From the NCBI RefSeq assembly GCF_000155895.1, contig NZ_DS995298.1:270001-302000 (forward strand): 32,000 nt of DNA. The letters run 5' to 3'. Source of the stretch: Candidatus Pelagibacter sp. HTCC7211 (GTDB taxonomy: Bacteria; Pseudomonadota; Alphaproteobacteria; Pelagibacterales; Pelagibacteraceae). Made by a program: the position numbers and the translations under genes. This document shows positions 15,810-24,993 of this stretch, piece by piece. Position 1 is the stretch's first letter. Each line of letters starts with the position of its first letter. The notes under the pieces were generated by a model. That model worked only from the letters and a program-made list of their open reading frames with translations, had not been told where the DNA came from and searched no databases.

Positions 15810-16571
15810 ATGAAATTTGATAAAAACGGAATATTAAACAGAGCAAAAGCAGCTCAACAAACAGCAGTTGTAATGGATGAAGGCTTAAGAGCCTACATGC
15901 TTAAAGTATATAATTACATGGCAACTGGGATCTTATTAACAGGAATAGTTGCGCTTCTTACATTTAAAATGTCAGTAGTAACAAATGATGCGGGATCTAT
16001 TGTGGGCCTAACATCAGTTGGTAATGCAATTTATATGTCGGGATTAAAATGGTTAGTGATGTTAGCTCCTTTAGGAATTGTGTTTTATATGAGTTTTGGA
16101 ATTAATAAAATGAGTGCATCAAAAGCTCAAACAACTTTTTGGGTTTTTGCAGCATTAATGGGTTTATCCTTATCATCCATTTTATTAATTTACACAGGAA
16201 TGAGTGTTACAAGAGTTTTCTTTATTTGTTCAGCAACTTTCGGTGCAATGAGCATTTATGGTTATACAACTAAAAGAGATCTTACGAAACTAGGCTCTTT
16301 TTTAATGATGGGATTAATTGGAATTATAATTGCATCTATAGTTAATATTTTTATGAAATCTTCAATGATGTACTTTGTAATATCTATTTTAGGTGTTTTG
16401 ATTTTTGTAGGCTTAACCGCTTATGACACTCAAAAGATAAAAAATATGTATGCAGTAAGTGATACGGGTGAGATTATGGGTAAAAAAGCCGTAATGGGAG
16501 CCTTAACTCTATACTTAGACTTTATTAATTTATTTATAATGTTATTGAGATTATTTGGTCAAAGAAGATAA
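15810..16571 (+). CDS. Bax-inhibitor-1/YccA family membrane protein
   Basis: 253 aa, seven hydrophobic spans. 'LRAYMLKVYNYMATGILLTG', 'GYTTKRDLT', 'AYDTQKIK' and 'LYLDFINLFIMLLRLFG' are typical BI-1/YccA motifs. Confidence 0.85.
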   Translation: MKFDKNGILNRAKAAQQTAVVMDEGLRAYMLKVYNYMATGILLTGIVALLTFKMSVVTNDAGSIVGLTSVGNAIYMSGLKWLVMLAPLGIVFYMSFGINKMSASKAQTTFWVFAALMGLSLSSILLIYTGMSVTRVFFICSATFGAMSIYGYTTKRDLTKLGSFLMMGLIGIIIASIVNIFMKSSMMYFVISILGVLIFVGLTAYDTQKIKNMYAVSDTGEIMGKKAVMGALTLYLDFINLFIMLLRLFGQRR

Positions 16572-16573
16572 TT

Positions 16574-16918
16574 TTATTTTGGTAATTTTTTCCAGTTAGT
16601 ATTTTTTAATAATATTTTAAGATCAAAAGAATTTTTTAAAATTTTACCACTTGTATCTGTAATTAAATATTTAAGATTTTTATTTTTTGGCCTAAAATTT
16701 TTACAAATTTTATATAAAGCATTCTCTGCTGCATTCCTAAACACACTAAAACTCACCTGTTTGCTTGAAATGCTTAAACCATAATCTTTCCATGATCCTT
16801 CAGATACCATTTTGGCGTATAAATCTAAAATAATTTTAAGCTCATTTTTTTCAAAAAATTGTTTTTCTTCAGTCTGATTGTGAGGGTTATTTACTACTAA
16901 TTTTAAATTACTACGCAT
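16574..16918 (-). CDS. DUF2794-like conserved alphaproteobacterial protein
   Basis: 114 aa. 'FFEKNELKIILDLYAKMVSEGSWKDYGLS......SFSVFRNAAENALYKI.K' matches my memory of the DUF2794 pattern (F.r.EL..IL..Y...V..GeWrDYai). Confidence 0.5.
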   Translation of the reverse strand: MRSNLKLVVNNPHNQTEEKQFFEKNELKIILDLYAKMVSEGSWKDYGLSISSKQVSFSVFRNAAENALYKICKNFRPKNKNLKYLITDTSGKILKNSFDLKILLKNTNWKKLPK

Positions 16919-17492
16919 CGATTTTATATTTATTAATTAAAGGTATTTGAAAACCTGTAAAAATAATAGTTATTGGCAACATTCCCCACACTTTAAAGTT
17001 AACCCAAAATTCTTCAGTTTGAGTACGCCAAATGCACTCATTTAAAATTGCAAGACCAAAGAAAAAAAACATCCATCTTCTATTTAAAAGTTCCCATCCT
17101 AAATCTGATAGAGGAATTGATTTACCCATTATCTTTTTTAAGACTGGTTCTTTGGTAAAATATTTTCCAAAAAATAACGCTAAAGCAAATAAAATATTTA
17201 TAATCGTAGGTTTTACATAAATAAAAACTGGATCATTAAAGTAAATAGTAAGCCCACCAAAAAAAGTTATTAATATTCCACTGACTAACGGCATAGTTGG
17301 AATTTTTTTTTCAAAAAACCAAACAACGGCTAGAGCGATTAAAGTTGCAACTATAAGTGGAGGAATTGCAACTGACAAATTTTTATCACTATTATAATAG
17401 TAGAAAAAAAATATAGCCAAAGGTCCAAAATCAGTAACAAATTTTAAAAAAGATTTATTCACTTTAAAAATACTAACATATTGCCACATCAC
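16911..17492 (-). CDS. yciB: Intracellular septation protein A (YciB/IspZ family)
   Basis: 193 aa, five hydrophobic spans. 'FLKFVTDFGPLAIFFFYY' N-terminus, 'KPTIINILFALALFFG', 'WELLNRRWMFFFFGLAILNE.IW'. Confidence 0.7.
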   Translation of the reverse strand: MMWQYVSIFKVNKSFLKFVTDFGPLAIFFFYYYNSDKNLSVAIPPLIVATLIALAVVWFFEKKIPTMPLVSGILITFFGGLTIYFNDPVFIYVKPTIINILFALALFFGKYFTKEPVLKKIMGKSIPLSDLGWELLNRRWMFFFFGLAILNECIWRTQTEEFWVNFKVWGMLPITIIFTGFQIPLINKYKIDA

Positions 17493-17548
17493 AAAACATT
17501 AATATTTTTAGCATTGATTTTTATATTTAAATACCCATACTAATATCA

Positions 17549-17869
17549 ATGCCAATTCAAAAAGCAAAATTCTCAATAGGAGATATCGTTAAGCACAAAC
17601 ACTTTGAGTTTAGAGGTGTCATATATGATGTAGATTTCGAATTTAATAATTCTGAGGAATGGTATCAGTCTATACCAAAAAATGTTAGGCCTAGAAAAGA
17701 TCAACCTTTTTATCATTTGCTTGCTGAAAATGATGAAATTACTTATGAAGCGTATGTTTCAGAGCAAAATTTGTTAATGGATGACTCTGATGAACCAATA
17801 AAACACCCTTTAATTGAAGAGATTTTTTCTGGCAAAAAAGGCTCAACTTATTTCAAGCTTTCAAATTAA
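17549..17869 (+). CDS. hspQ: Heat-shock protein HspQ / YccV hemimethylated-DNA-binding domain protein
   Basis: 106 aa. 'KFSIGDIVKHKHFEFRGVIYDVD', 'PFYHLLAEND...YEAYVSEQNL' parallels E. coli HspQ. Confidence 0.8.
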   Translation: MPIQKAKFSIGDIVKHKHFEFRGVIYDVDFEFNNSEEWYQSIPKNVRPRKDQPFYHLLAENDEITYEAYVSEQNLLMDDSDEPIKHPLIEEIFSGKKGSTYFKLSN

Positions 17870-17936
17870 GCAAATCACTATTCAACCACATTTAGTTCAA
17901 ATCTAGGCCACACAAATTAGTTAAATTTAATCCATA

Positions 17937-18000
17937 TTCTGATCAAGAGTGTTAAAAGTTAATTTCAATTCATTATATCCCTCTGCATTCTTGATCGGAA
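17937..18000 (+). other. Imperfect 16-bp stem / 32-nt loop hairpin in the 176-nt hspQ-ccmC spacer
   Basis: 17937-17952 (ttctgatcaagagtgt) pairs with 17985-18000 (gcattcttgatcggaa). That gives 13 Watson-Crick pairs plus 3 G-U pairs. The G-U pairs exist only in a plus-strand transcript. Confidence 0.3.
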
Positions 18001-18045
18001 ATCCTTTTCATAATAGATATCTCTCAAATAATATTAAAAAAAAAT

Positions 18046-18753
18046 ATGTTTAAATTTTTTGAACCTAATAAGATTTTTAAGATAACATCTAAAGCACCAA
18101 AATATGTTTTACTTTTATTTATAATTGTTCTTTCTATTGGATTAACTGAGGCATTATTTTTATCTCCAGAAGATTATAAACAAAGTGATGCAGTTAGAAT
18201 TATGTATGTGCATGTTCCCTCTGCATGGATTTCTCTTGGAATTTTTTCATCTATTACTTTGCTCTCAATTGGTGGTTTTATTTTTAAAAATAAGAATTTT
18301 TTTTTAATAGCAAAAAGTTTAGCTCCTTCTGGATTTGTTTTTAATATCATAGCACTGGTTACAGGAGCAATTTGGGGTAAACCAACATGGGGAACTTGGT
18401 GGGCTTGGGATGCCAGAATTACTTCTATGTTAATCTTGGCATTATTTTATGCAATGTATTTAATTTCATGGAGAATTTATGAAACTGAGGAAAAGGTTTT
18501 TAAGATTACAACTTTTATTACAATATTAGGTATAATTAATGTTCCAATTATAAAATATTCTGTAGATTGGTGGAACACACTTCATCAACCAGCATCAATC
18601 AATATTTTGTCAAAAAGTACAATTCATACATCAATGCTTTTTCCTCTATTGATAATGACTGCGGCATTTGCTCTTTTTTCATTGCTAATTTTCTTAATGA
18701 AATATAATACAGAACTGATAAAAATTAAAAATAAAGGCCTAGATAGACTATGA
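18046..18753 (+). CDS. ccmC: Heme exporter protein C (cytochrome c maturation System I)
   Basis: 235 aa. 'IMYVHVPSAW', the tryptophan-rich 'WGKPTWGTWWAWDARIT' (WGxxWxWD) motif, 'DWWNTLHQ'. Confidence 0.9.
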   Translation: MFKFFEPNKIFKITSKAPKYVLLLFIIVLSIGLTEALFLSPEDYKQSDAVRIMYVHVPSAWISLGIFSSITLLSIGGFIFKNKNFFLIAKSLAPSGFVFNIIALVTGAIWGKPTWGTWWAWDARITSMLILALFYAMYLISWRIYETEEKVFKITTFITILGIINVPIIKYSVDWWNTLHQPASINILSKSTIHTSMLFPLLIMTAAFALFSLLIFLMKYNTELIKIKNKGLDRL

Positions 18754-18977
18754 TAAATGAATTACTTTTTATGAATGGATACGGAGTTTATGTGCTATCA
18801 GCATTCAGTTTTACTCTTTTAAGTTTTTCAGCTTTATATTTAATTACAAAAATTCAGTTTGTTAAGGAACAAAATAAATTTGTAGCTAAATTTGGATCTT
18901 TAAACTCTAAAAAAGCTAAATCTGCAAAAACTCAAAGAATAAACAAAGAAATTTTAGCTGGCGCAATTAAGAATTAA
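18750..18977 (+). CDS. ccmD: Heme exporter protein D
   Basis: 75 aa, ATGA overlap with ccmC. Single TM with a 'MNGYGVYVLSAFSF' CcmD-type N-terminus. Canonical position between ccmC and ccmE. Confidence 0.7.
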   Translation: MINELLFMNGYGVYVLSAFSFTLLSFSALYLITKIQFVKEQNKFVAKFGSLNSKKAKSAKTQRINKEILAGAIKN

Positions 18978-18987
18978 CTTTTAAACC

Positions 18988-19404
18988 ATGTATGGTCGAA
19001 AAGTTAAATTAAGGTTCTTGTTTATATTTCTTATTTTAATTACTTTAATATTAACGGTATTTCTTATTTTAAAATCTTTAGAAGAAAATGTAGTTTATTT
19101 TCAATCACCTTCGGAGATAAAAGTATTATCTGAATTGGAAAATAAAAAAATTAGAGTTGGAGGAATGGTAAAAAAAAGCTCTATTCTAATCAAAGCTGAT
19201 GAGGTTAAATTTATTATTACAGACTTTAAAAATGAAATAAATGTATCTTATTCAGGTGCAATACCAAATCTATTTGAAGAGGGTAAAGGTGTTGTTGCTG
19301 AAGGGTTTTTAAAAGACAGAAATTTTTTTTCTGCTACTAAAATTTTAGCAAAACATGATGAAAATTATATGCCTCCAGAAGTAAAAGAAGCGCTAGGAAA
19401 TTAA
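18988..19404 (+). CDS. ccmE: Cytochrome c-type biogenesis heme chaperone CcmE
   Basis: 138 aa. N-terminal membrane anchor, '[10 protein letters not shown]', 'IRVGGMV', and the heme-binding His in '[13 protein letters not shown]'. Confidence 0.9.
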   Translation: MYGRKVKLRFLFIFLILITLILTVFLILKSLEENVVYFQSPSEIKVLSELENKKIRVGGMVKKSSILIKADEVKFIITDFKNEINVSYSGAIPNLFEEGKGVVAEGFLKDRNFFSATKILAKHDENYMPPEVKEALGN

Positions 19405-19407
19405 TAA

Positions 19408-21285
19408 ATGTTATTAAGTGTTATTGGTCATTATTCTTTAGTTGCAGGATTATGTGTTGGTTTAATTATAATTTTTTTTTCTATAAAAAATTTTCAAATT
19501 TCTGAACACTTAGATGCAAAAATTTTATCATTTACTTTCTTACAATTTATTTTAGTTTCTTTAAGCTTTTTATGTCTGGTTTTTTCATTTGTATTTTCTG
19601 ATTTTAGTAACGAAACAGTATTTAATAATTCGCATACAACGAAACCACTTTTTTATAAAATATCAGGTACATGGGGAAATCATGAAGGCAGTCTATTACT
19701 CTGGTTACTTGTTTTAACTTTATTTATATTTTTATTTTTAGTTAAAACAAAAAAACAACCAGTAAAATATAAGATTTTAACTTTATTATTTCAGCAAATC
19801 ATAATTATTGGTTTTTTTATTTTTTTAATACAAACATCAAATCCATTTAATTATATATACCCAACACCAGAAGAAGGCTTAGGGTTAAATCCTATTTTAC
19901 AAGATCCAGCTTTAGCAATTCATCCACCAATTTTGTATTTAGGATATGTCGGTTCATCAATTATTTTTTCTTCAGCCTTAGCTGCTACCTGCCTAAATAT
20001 TGTATCTAAGAAATGGGCATCACATATAAAAAAATGGGTTCTTATTTCTTGGATTTTTCTGACATTAGGAATTTTGTTAGGATCAATTTGGGCTTATTAT
20101 GAATTAGGTTGGGGAGGTTTCTGGTTCTGGGATCCAGTTGAAAACGTATCATTAATGCCTTGGTTAGCATTAACAACACTTTTACACTGTATCTTGGTAT
20201 TAGAAAAAAAACAAATCTTAACATCATGGGTAATAATTTTATCTATCTCGACATTCACATTAAGTATGTGTGGCACATTCTTAGTGAGATCAGGGATTTT
20301 AAATTCTGTTCATACATTTGCAAATGATCCAGGAAGAGGATTATTTATCTTAGTTTTTCTATTCTCTTTAATCTTGATTTCACTTTTTGTTTTTTTCTTT
20401 TTTCATAAATCTACACAAAATGAATTAAATAATTTTTCATGGCTTAGCAAGGAAACATCAATAATAATTAATAATTGGTTTATGATGTATTTTTTATCTG
20501 TGGTTTTAATTGGTACGGTTTATCCAATTTTTCTTGATGTTTTATCATCTCAAAAAATATCTGTTGGACCGCCATTTTACCATAAGTTAATAGTACCTTT
20601 TCTAATACCATTCTTATTGGCAATGGCCATTGGGCCTAAATTGAAATGGGTAAAGTCAAATTTAGAGGATAAATTTTCTTTGATATTGTTACTTATAATT
20701 TCAGTTTTAATATCTTTTTTTATCTTAAAAATTTTTGAGGCAAACTTTCTTATCAATACAATTTTAATTTCTAGTGCCGCCTATCTATTTTTCACTACTT
20801 TTAGAGATTTTTTTATAAAGAAATTTAATAATATTTCTCAAAATATTGCTCATTTTGGATTTAGTTTATTAATTTTAAGTATTTTATTTAACAGCTTATT
20901 TTCAAGTGAAATCATTACAAACTTAAAAGTTGGTGAAACTTTTGAAGATTTAAACACAAAAATAATTTTGAAAAGCATCGAGCAAAAAGAGGAAAAAAAT
21001 TTTAAATCTATTATTGCAAATTTTAATATAGAAAATTCAAAGGGTATTATAGAAAATTTATCTCCTGAATTAAGAATTTATAATCAGCCCAATATTGTAA
21101 CTAGTGAAGCAGATATTAAAACAACAATGATGTCAGATAAATTTATAGTGATTAATATCGTTCAAAATCAAGATTATTTTAATGTTAGATATCAAGTTAA
21201 ACCATTTATGCTATGGATATGGCTTTCAGTTTTGCTAATTAGTTTTGGTGGATTGTTAAGCTTATTTAAAAAAAATTATGAATAA
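19408..21285 (+). CDS. ccmF: Cytochrome c heme lyase subunit CcmF
   Basis: 625 aa polytopic protein. 'KISGTWGNHEGSLLLW', 'GWGGFWFWDPVENVSLMPWL' (WWD motif), 'VRSGILNSVHTFA'. Confidence 0.9.
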   Translation: MLLSVIGHYSLVAGLCVGLIIIFFSIKNFQISEHLDAKILSFTFLQFILVSLSFLCLVFSFVFSDFSNETVFNNSHTTKPLFYKISGTWGNHEGSLLLWLLVLTLFIFLFLVKTKKQPVKYKILTLLFQQIIIIGFFIFLIQTSNPFNYIYPTPEEGLGLNPILQDPALAIHPPILYLGYVGSSIIFSSALAATCLNIVSKKWASHIKKWVLISWIFLTLGILLGSIWAYYELGWGGFWFWDPVENVSLMPWLALTTLLHCILVLEKKQILTSWVIILSISTFTLSMCGTFLVRSGILNSVHTFANDPGRGLFILVFLFSLILISLFVFFFFHKSTQNELNNFSWLSKETSIIINNWFMMYFLSVVLIGTVYPIFLDVLSSQKISVGPPFYHKLIVPFLIPFLLAMAIGPKLKWVKSNLEDKFSLILLLIISVLISFFILKIFEANFLINTILISSAAYLFFTTFRDFFIKKFNNISQNIAHFGFSLLILSILFNSLFSSEIITNLKVGETFEDLNTKIILKSIEQKEEKNFKSIIANFNIENSKGIIENLSPELRIYNQPNIVTSEADIKTTMMSDKFIVINIVQNQDYFNVRYQVKPFMLWIWLSVLLISFGGLLSLFKKNYE

Positions 21286-21796
21286 TAAAATATTAAAAAT
21301 AACTACAACAGCAATATTTATAATTATTTTTGTAGTTTTTTATAAAGCTTTACAGGATACAAATATTTATACTCCAAAAAAAAAATCTAATAACGAAATT
21401 CCATTATTTTCTGCAAACTTATTTTATTCGAACAAACAAATTAATTCATCTGAACTTTTTAAATTAGATAAATTTTATTTATTGAATATTTGGTCATCAT
21501 GGTGTGTTCCATGTAGAACTGAGCATCCTTTGTTAATGGATTTAACTAAAAATAAAAAGATAGAAATAATTGGATTAAATTATAAAGATAAAAAGAAGAA
21601 TGCTGAGAATTTTTTGAATGAACTTGGAAATCCATACCAAGAAATAATTTTTGATAAAGAGGGAATTAACGCAATAGAGTGGGGCGCTTTTGGAGTACCT
21701 GAATCATTCTTAATCAACAATGGAATAGTAATTAAAAAATATATTGGACCTCTTAACAAAGAACTAGTTGAAGAAATTAATTTATTAATAAAATGA
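21278..21796 (+). CDS. ccmG: Thiol:disulfide oxidoreductase CcmG/DsbE
   Basis: 172 aa. Membrane anchor, thioredoxin fold with the 'WSSWCVPCRTEHP' active site and 'GVPESFLI'. 8-nt overlap with ccmF. Confidence 0.85.
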   Translation: MNNKILKITTTAIFIIIFVVFYKALQDTNIYTPKKKSNNEIPLFSANLFYSNKQINSSELFKLDKFYLLNIWSSWCVPCRTEHPLLMDLTKNKKIEIIGLNYKDKKKNAENFLNELGNPYQEIIFDKEGINAIEWGAFGVPESFLINNGIVIKKYIGPLNKELVEEINLLIK

Positions 21797-22155
21797 AGAT
21801 ATTAAAATTATTTTTTATCATTTTTTTAATTTTTTCTTTTAATCATTTTGGAGCAAATACAGATGATATGAAAATTAAAATTACAAAAAATTTACGTTGT
21901 TTAATTTGTCAGGGTCAGTCTGTTTATGACTCAGATTCTGAATTTGCGAATAGCATGAAAGTTTTAGTAGATAAAAAATTAAATGATGGTTTCTCTGAAA
22001 AACAAATATATGACTTTTTTAAAGAAAAATATGGAGAATGGATTTTGTATGATCCTGAACTTAATAAAAATACTTATATTTTGTGGTTATTACCAATATT
22101 GATATTTTTAATTGGGGGTGCAATAGTTGTTAAAAATTTTAAAATTAGAAAATAA
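21793..22155 (+). CDS. ccmH: Cytochrome c-type biogenesis protein CcmH
   Basis: 120 aa. Signal peptide, 'LRCLICQGQSVYDSDS' (LRCxxCQ motif), C-terminal TM. ATGA overlap with ccmG. Confidence 0.85.
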   Translation: MKILKLFFIIFLIFSFNHFGANTDDMKIKITKNLRCLICQGQSVYDSDSEFANSMKVLVDKKLNDGFSEKQIYDFFKEKYGEWILYDPELNKNTYILWLLPILIFLIGGAIVVKNFKIRK

Positions 22156-22165
22156 TTTAAATGTT

Positions 22166-22678
22166 ATGATGTTTAAAAGAATTTGTTTAAGTATTTGTAT
22201 TTTATTTTTTGTTTCTTCGATAAGTGCTGAAGAAATGAAAAATAATATTCAAAATAATCAGTATAATGTTTATACAGGCATGTTTGATTTTAGTGACGAT
22301 GGTAAGCAATCAACATTAGTTGGTTTCCAGCATCAAAACGAAAATCTAAATAGAGATACATTTTTAGGAAATCTTTCGCCTATCACGGGTATATTAATTA
22401 CAGAAGATAGTGCAGGTTACGTTTATACCGGTGTACAAGCTCAATATAAAATTGGGGCATTAAATATCACACCAAGTTTTACGCCAGGTTTATACCATGA
22501 AGGAGAAGGTAAAGATCTTGGACATATGCTTGAATTTAAAAGTGAAGTCCAACTATCTCTTAATTTATCAGATAGCTCTAAATTTGGTTTTTCTTATAAT
22601 CATTTGTCTAATGCAAGTTTAGGAGATAAAAACCCTGGGGCAAATAGTTATATGTTTAATTTTTTGAAAAACTTCTAA
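22166..22678 (+). CDS. PagL-like lipid A 3-O-deacylase / acyloxyacyl hydrolase family outer-membrane protein
   Basis: The ATG at 22166 gives MMFKRICLSICILFFVSSISA, a signal peptide. The tracked TTG at 22127 lies inside ccmH and is unlikely. Beta-barrel-like alternating pattern and C-terminal 'FSYNHLSNASLGDKNPGANSYMFNF' (His-x-Ser-Asn catalytic-type motif). Confidence 0.55.
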   Translation: MMFKRICLSICILFFVSSISAEEMKNNIQNNQYNVYTGMFDFSDDGKQSTLVGFQHQNENLNRDTFLGNLSPITGILITEDSAGYVYTGVQAQYKIGALNITPSFTPGLYHEGEGKDLGHMLEFKSEVQLSLNLSDSSKFGFSYNHLSNASLGDKNPGANSYMFNFLKNF

Positions 22679-22687
22679 TAGAAATTT

Positions 22688-23839
22688 ATGAATCTTAATG
22701 ACTGCCATAATTTTAGTGATTTTCGAAAATTAGCTAAAAAAAAATTACCATCACCCATATTTCATTATATTGATGGTGCTGCAGATGATGAGATAACTTA
22801 TGCACGAAATACGAGTGCATTTGATGATGTTGACTTAGTTCCAAATGTTTTAAGAGGTGTGGAAAACGTTGATTTATCAACAACAATATTTGGAAAAAAA
22901 TTAGATTTGCCATTTTATTTAGCACCTACTGCTTTGCAAAGATTATTTCACTATGATGGTGAGAGAGCAGTTGGTAAAGCTGCAAAAAAATTTAATACTA
23001 TGTTTGGAGTATCAGCTTTAGCCACAGTTAGTGTTGAAGAAATATCTTCCATGATTGATACACCAAAGATGTTTCAGTTTTATTTTCATAAAGATAGAGG
23101 TTTAAACGACTCTTGTTTAGAAAGAGCTAAAGCAGCTAAATTTGATGTTATGGCATTAACGGTGGATACTATAACAGGAGGAAATCGAGAAAGAGATTTA
23201 AGAACTGGATTTACATCACCACCTAAGCTTACATTATCTAGCTTATTTAGTTTTGCCACAAAGCCAATGTGGGGGATAAATTATTTAACAAAAGGAAAAT
23301 TTGAATTACCTCATCTTCAAGATTATGTAAAAGAAGGTACCGACACTAACACTTCTATTGGAAATTATTTTTCTACAATGTTGGACCAATCTATGAACTG
23401 GAAAGATGCAGAAAAACTCTGCTCTCAGTGGGGAGGTCATTTTGCTTTAAAAGGTGTTATGAGTGTTGAAGATGCAAAAAGAGCAGTTGATATAGGTTGC
23501 ACAGGTATAATGGTCTCAAATCATGGTGGAAGACAACTTGATGGATCAAGGTCACCTTTTGACCAACTTGCTGAAATTGTTGATGCTGTAGGTGATAAAC
23601 TCGATGTAATTTGCGAAGGTGGAATACATAGAGGAACACACATGCTTAAAGCCTTATCATTAGGGGCCAAGGCTTGTTCTGGTGGTAGATTATATCTTTA
23701 TGCATTAGCTGCTGGAGGACAAGCAGGTGTTGAAAGAGCTATTGAAAAGTACAAAACTGAATTAGTAAGAGACATGAAATTAATGGGTTGTACAAAGATT
23801 AGTGATCTAAACAGAAACAATCTAAGATTTAGAAGATAG
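22688..23839 (+). CDS. FMN-dependent alpha-hydroxyacid dehydrogenase/oxidase (LldD-like), copy 1
   Basis: 383 aa. 'LPSPIFHYIDGAADDE', 'FQFYFHKDR', 'ALTVDT...GNRERD', 'ALKGVMSVEDA', 'VSNHGGRQLDGS', 'GGIHRG'. Collinear with E. coli LldD, including the membrane-associated insert. Confidence 0.85.
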   Translation: MNLNDCHNFSDFRKLAKKKLPSPIFHYIDGAADDEITYARNTSAFDDVDLVPNVLRGVENVDLSTTIFGKKLDLPFYLAPTALQRLFHYDGERAVGKAAKKFNTMFGVSALATVSVEEISSMIDTPKMFQFYFHKDRGLNDSCLERAKAAKFDVMALTVDTITGGNRERDLRTGFTSPPKLTLSSLFSFATKPMWGINYLTKGKFELPHLQDYVKEGTDTNTSIGNYFSTMLDQSMNWKDAEKLCSQWGGHFALKGVMSVEDAKRAVDIGCTGIMVSNHGGRQLDGSRSPFDQLAEIVDAVGDKLDVICEGGIHRGTHMLKALSLGAKACSGGRLYLYALAAGGQAGVERAIEKYKTELVRDMKLMGCTKISDLNRNNLRFRR

Positions 23840-23841
23840 TA

Positions 23842-24993
23842 ATGAATTTAAAAGATTGTCACAATTTTAGCGATTTTAGAAAATTAGCTAAAAAAAAATT
23901 ACCTTCTCCAATTTTTCATTATATTGATGGTGGTGCAGATGACGAGTCGACATTAAGAAGAAATACAGACTCATTTAATGACTGTGATTTAGTTCCAAAT
24001 ATTTTGGCTAGTGTTGGAAAACCTGATTTATCTACAACTTTATTTGGAAGAAAAATAGATATGCCAATTTTTCTTTCGCCTGCAGCCATGCAAAGACTTT
24101 ATCATCCAGATGGAGACCAAGCATCAGCAAGAGCTGCAGAAAAGTTTAATACATTTTATAGTATGTCATCTATGGGAAATAATACTATTGAGGAGGTTTC
24201 AAATATTTCTAGTGGTCCAAAATTATTTCAACTTTATGTTCATAAAGATAGATCAATTTCTGACGATTTAATTGATAGATCTAGAAGATCTGGTTTTGAT
24301 GCTATGTGTTTAACAGTAGATACTTTAGTTGCAGGTAATAGAGAAAAAGATCATAGAACAGGATTTACTACTCCACCAAAACTTACACTTCAGAGCTTAA
24401 TGAGCTTTGCTATGCGACCAAAATGGGTTTTTAATTATTTAACCGGAAAAAAATTTGAATTATCTAATGTTAAAAAAAAGACAGATAAAGGAACTAATAT
24501 TGCAAAGTCCGTAATTGAATACATAAATGAGCAATATGATCCTGCAATGGGCTGGAAAGATGCAGAGTATTGTGCAAAAAAATGGAATGGACCTTTTGCT
24601 TTAAAAGGTGTGATGTCAGTTGAGGATGCAAAAAAAGCAATAGATATTGGGTGTACAGCAATAATGATATCAAATCATGGTGGAAGACAACTTGATGGAT
24701 CTAGATCACCTTTTGATCAAGTAAAAGCTATTTCTGATGCTGTGGGAGATAAATTGGAAATAATATTAGATGGAGGGGTTAGGAGAGGGACCCATGTTTT
24801 AAAGGCCTTAGCTGCTGGTGCTACAGCATGTAGTTTTGGTAAAATGTTTCTGTTCTCTTTGGCCGCAGGAGGGCAGCAAGGAGTTGAACATTTATTGCAA
24901 AACATGCATGATGAAATTAATAGAAATATGGTATTGATGGGCTGTAAAAATTTAAAAGAATTAAACAGTTCAAAATTAATTTATAGAAAGTAA
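23842..24993 (+). CDS. FMN-dependent alpha-hydroxyacid dehydrogenase/oxidase (LldD-like), copy 2 (tandem paralogue)
   Basis: 383 aa, gap-free alignment to copy 1. 'FHYIDGGADDESTLRRN', 'FQLYVHKDR', 'CLTVDT..AGNREKD', 'ALKGVMSVEDA', 'ISNHGGRQLDGS', 'GGVRRG'. Confidence 0.85.
   Translation: MNLKDCHNFSDFRKLAKKKLPSPIFHYIDGGADDESTLRRNTDSFNDCDLVPNILASVGKPDLSTTLFGRKIDMPIFLSPAAMQRLYHPDGDQASARAAEKFNTFYSMSSMGNNTIEEVSNISSGPKLFQLYVHKDRSISDDLIDRSRRSGFDAMCLTVDTLVAGNREKDHRTGFTTPPKLTLQSLMSFAMRPKWVFNYLTGKKFELSNVKKKTDKGTNIAKSVIEYINEQYDPAMGWKDAEYCAKKWNGPFALKGVMSVEDAKKAIDIGCTAIMISNHGGRQLDGSRSPFDQVKAISDAVGDKLEIILDGGVRRGTHVLKALAAGATACSFGKMFLFSLAAGGQQGVEHLLQNMHDEINRNMVLMGCKNLKELNSSKLIYRK

Noticed and set aside
22127-22165. 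The TTG start proposed by the ORF track for the PagL-like gene, overlapping ccmH by 29 nt.
   Set aside because: The N-terminal extension (MLKILKLENNLNV) precedes a perfect signal peptide that begins at the ATG at 22166. The extension is simply the alternative-frame reading of the ccmH 3' end.
22688-24993. The tandem LldD genes as an assembly duplication artefact or a very recent duplication.
   Set aside because: The copies are only ~55-68% identical at the protein level. Even their conserved N-termini differ at many synonymous sites, so they are genuinely distinct, long-diverged paralogues.
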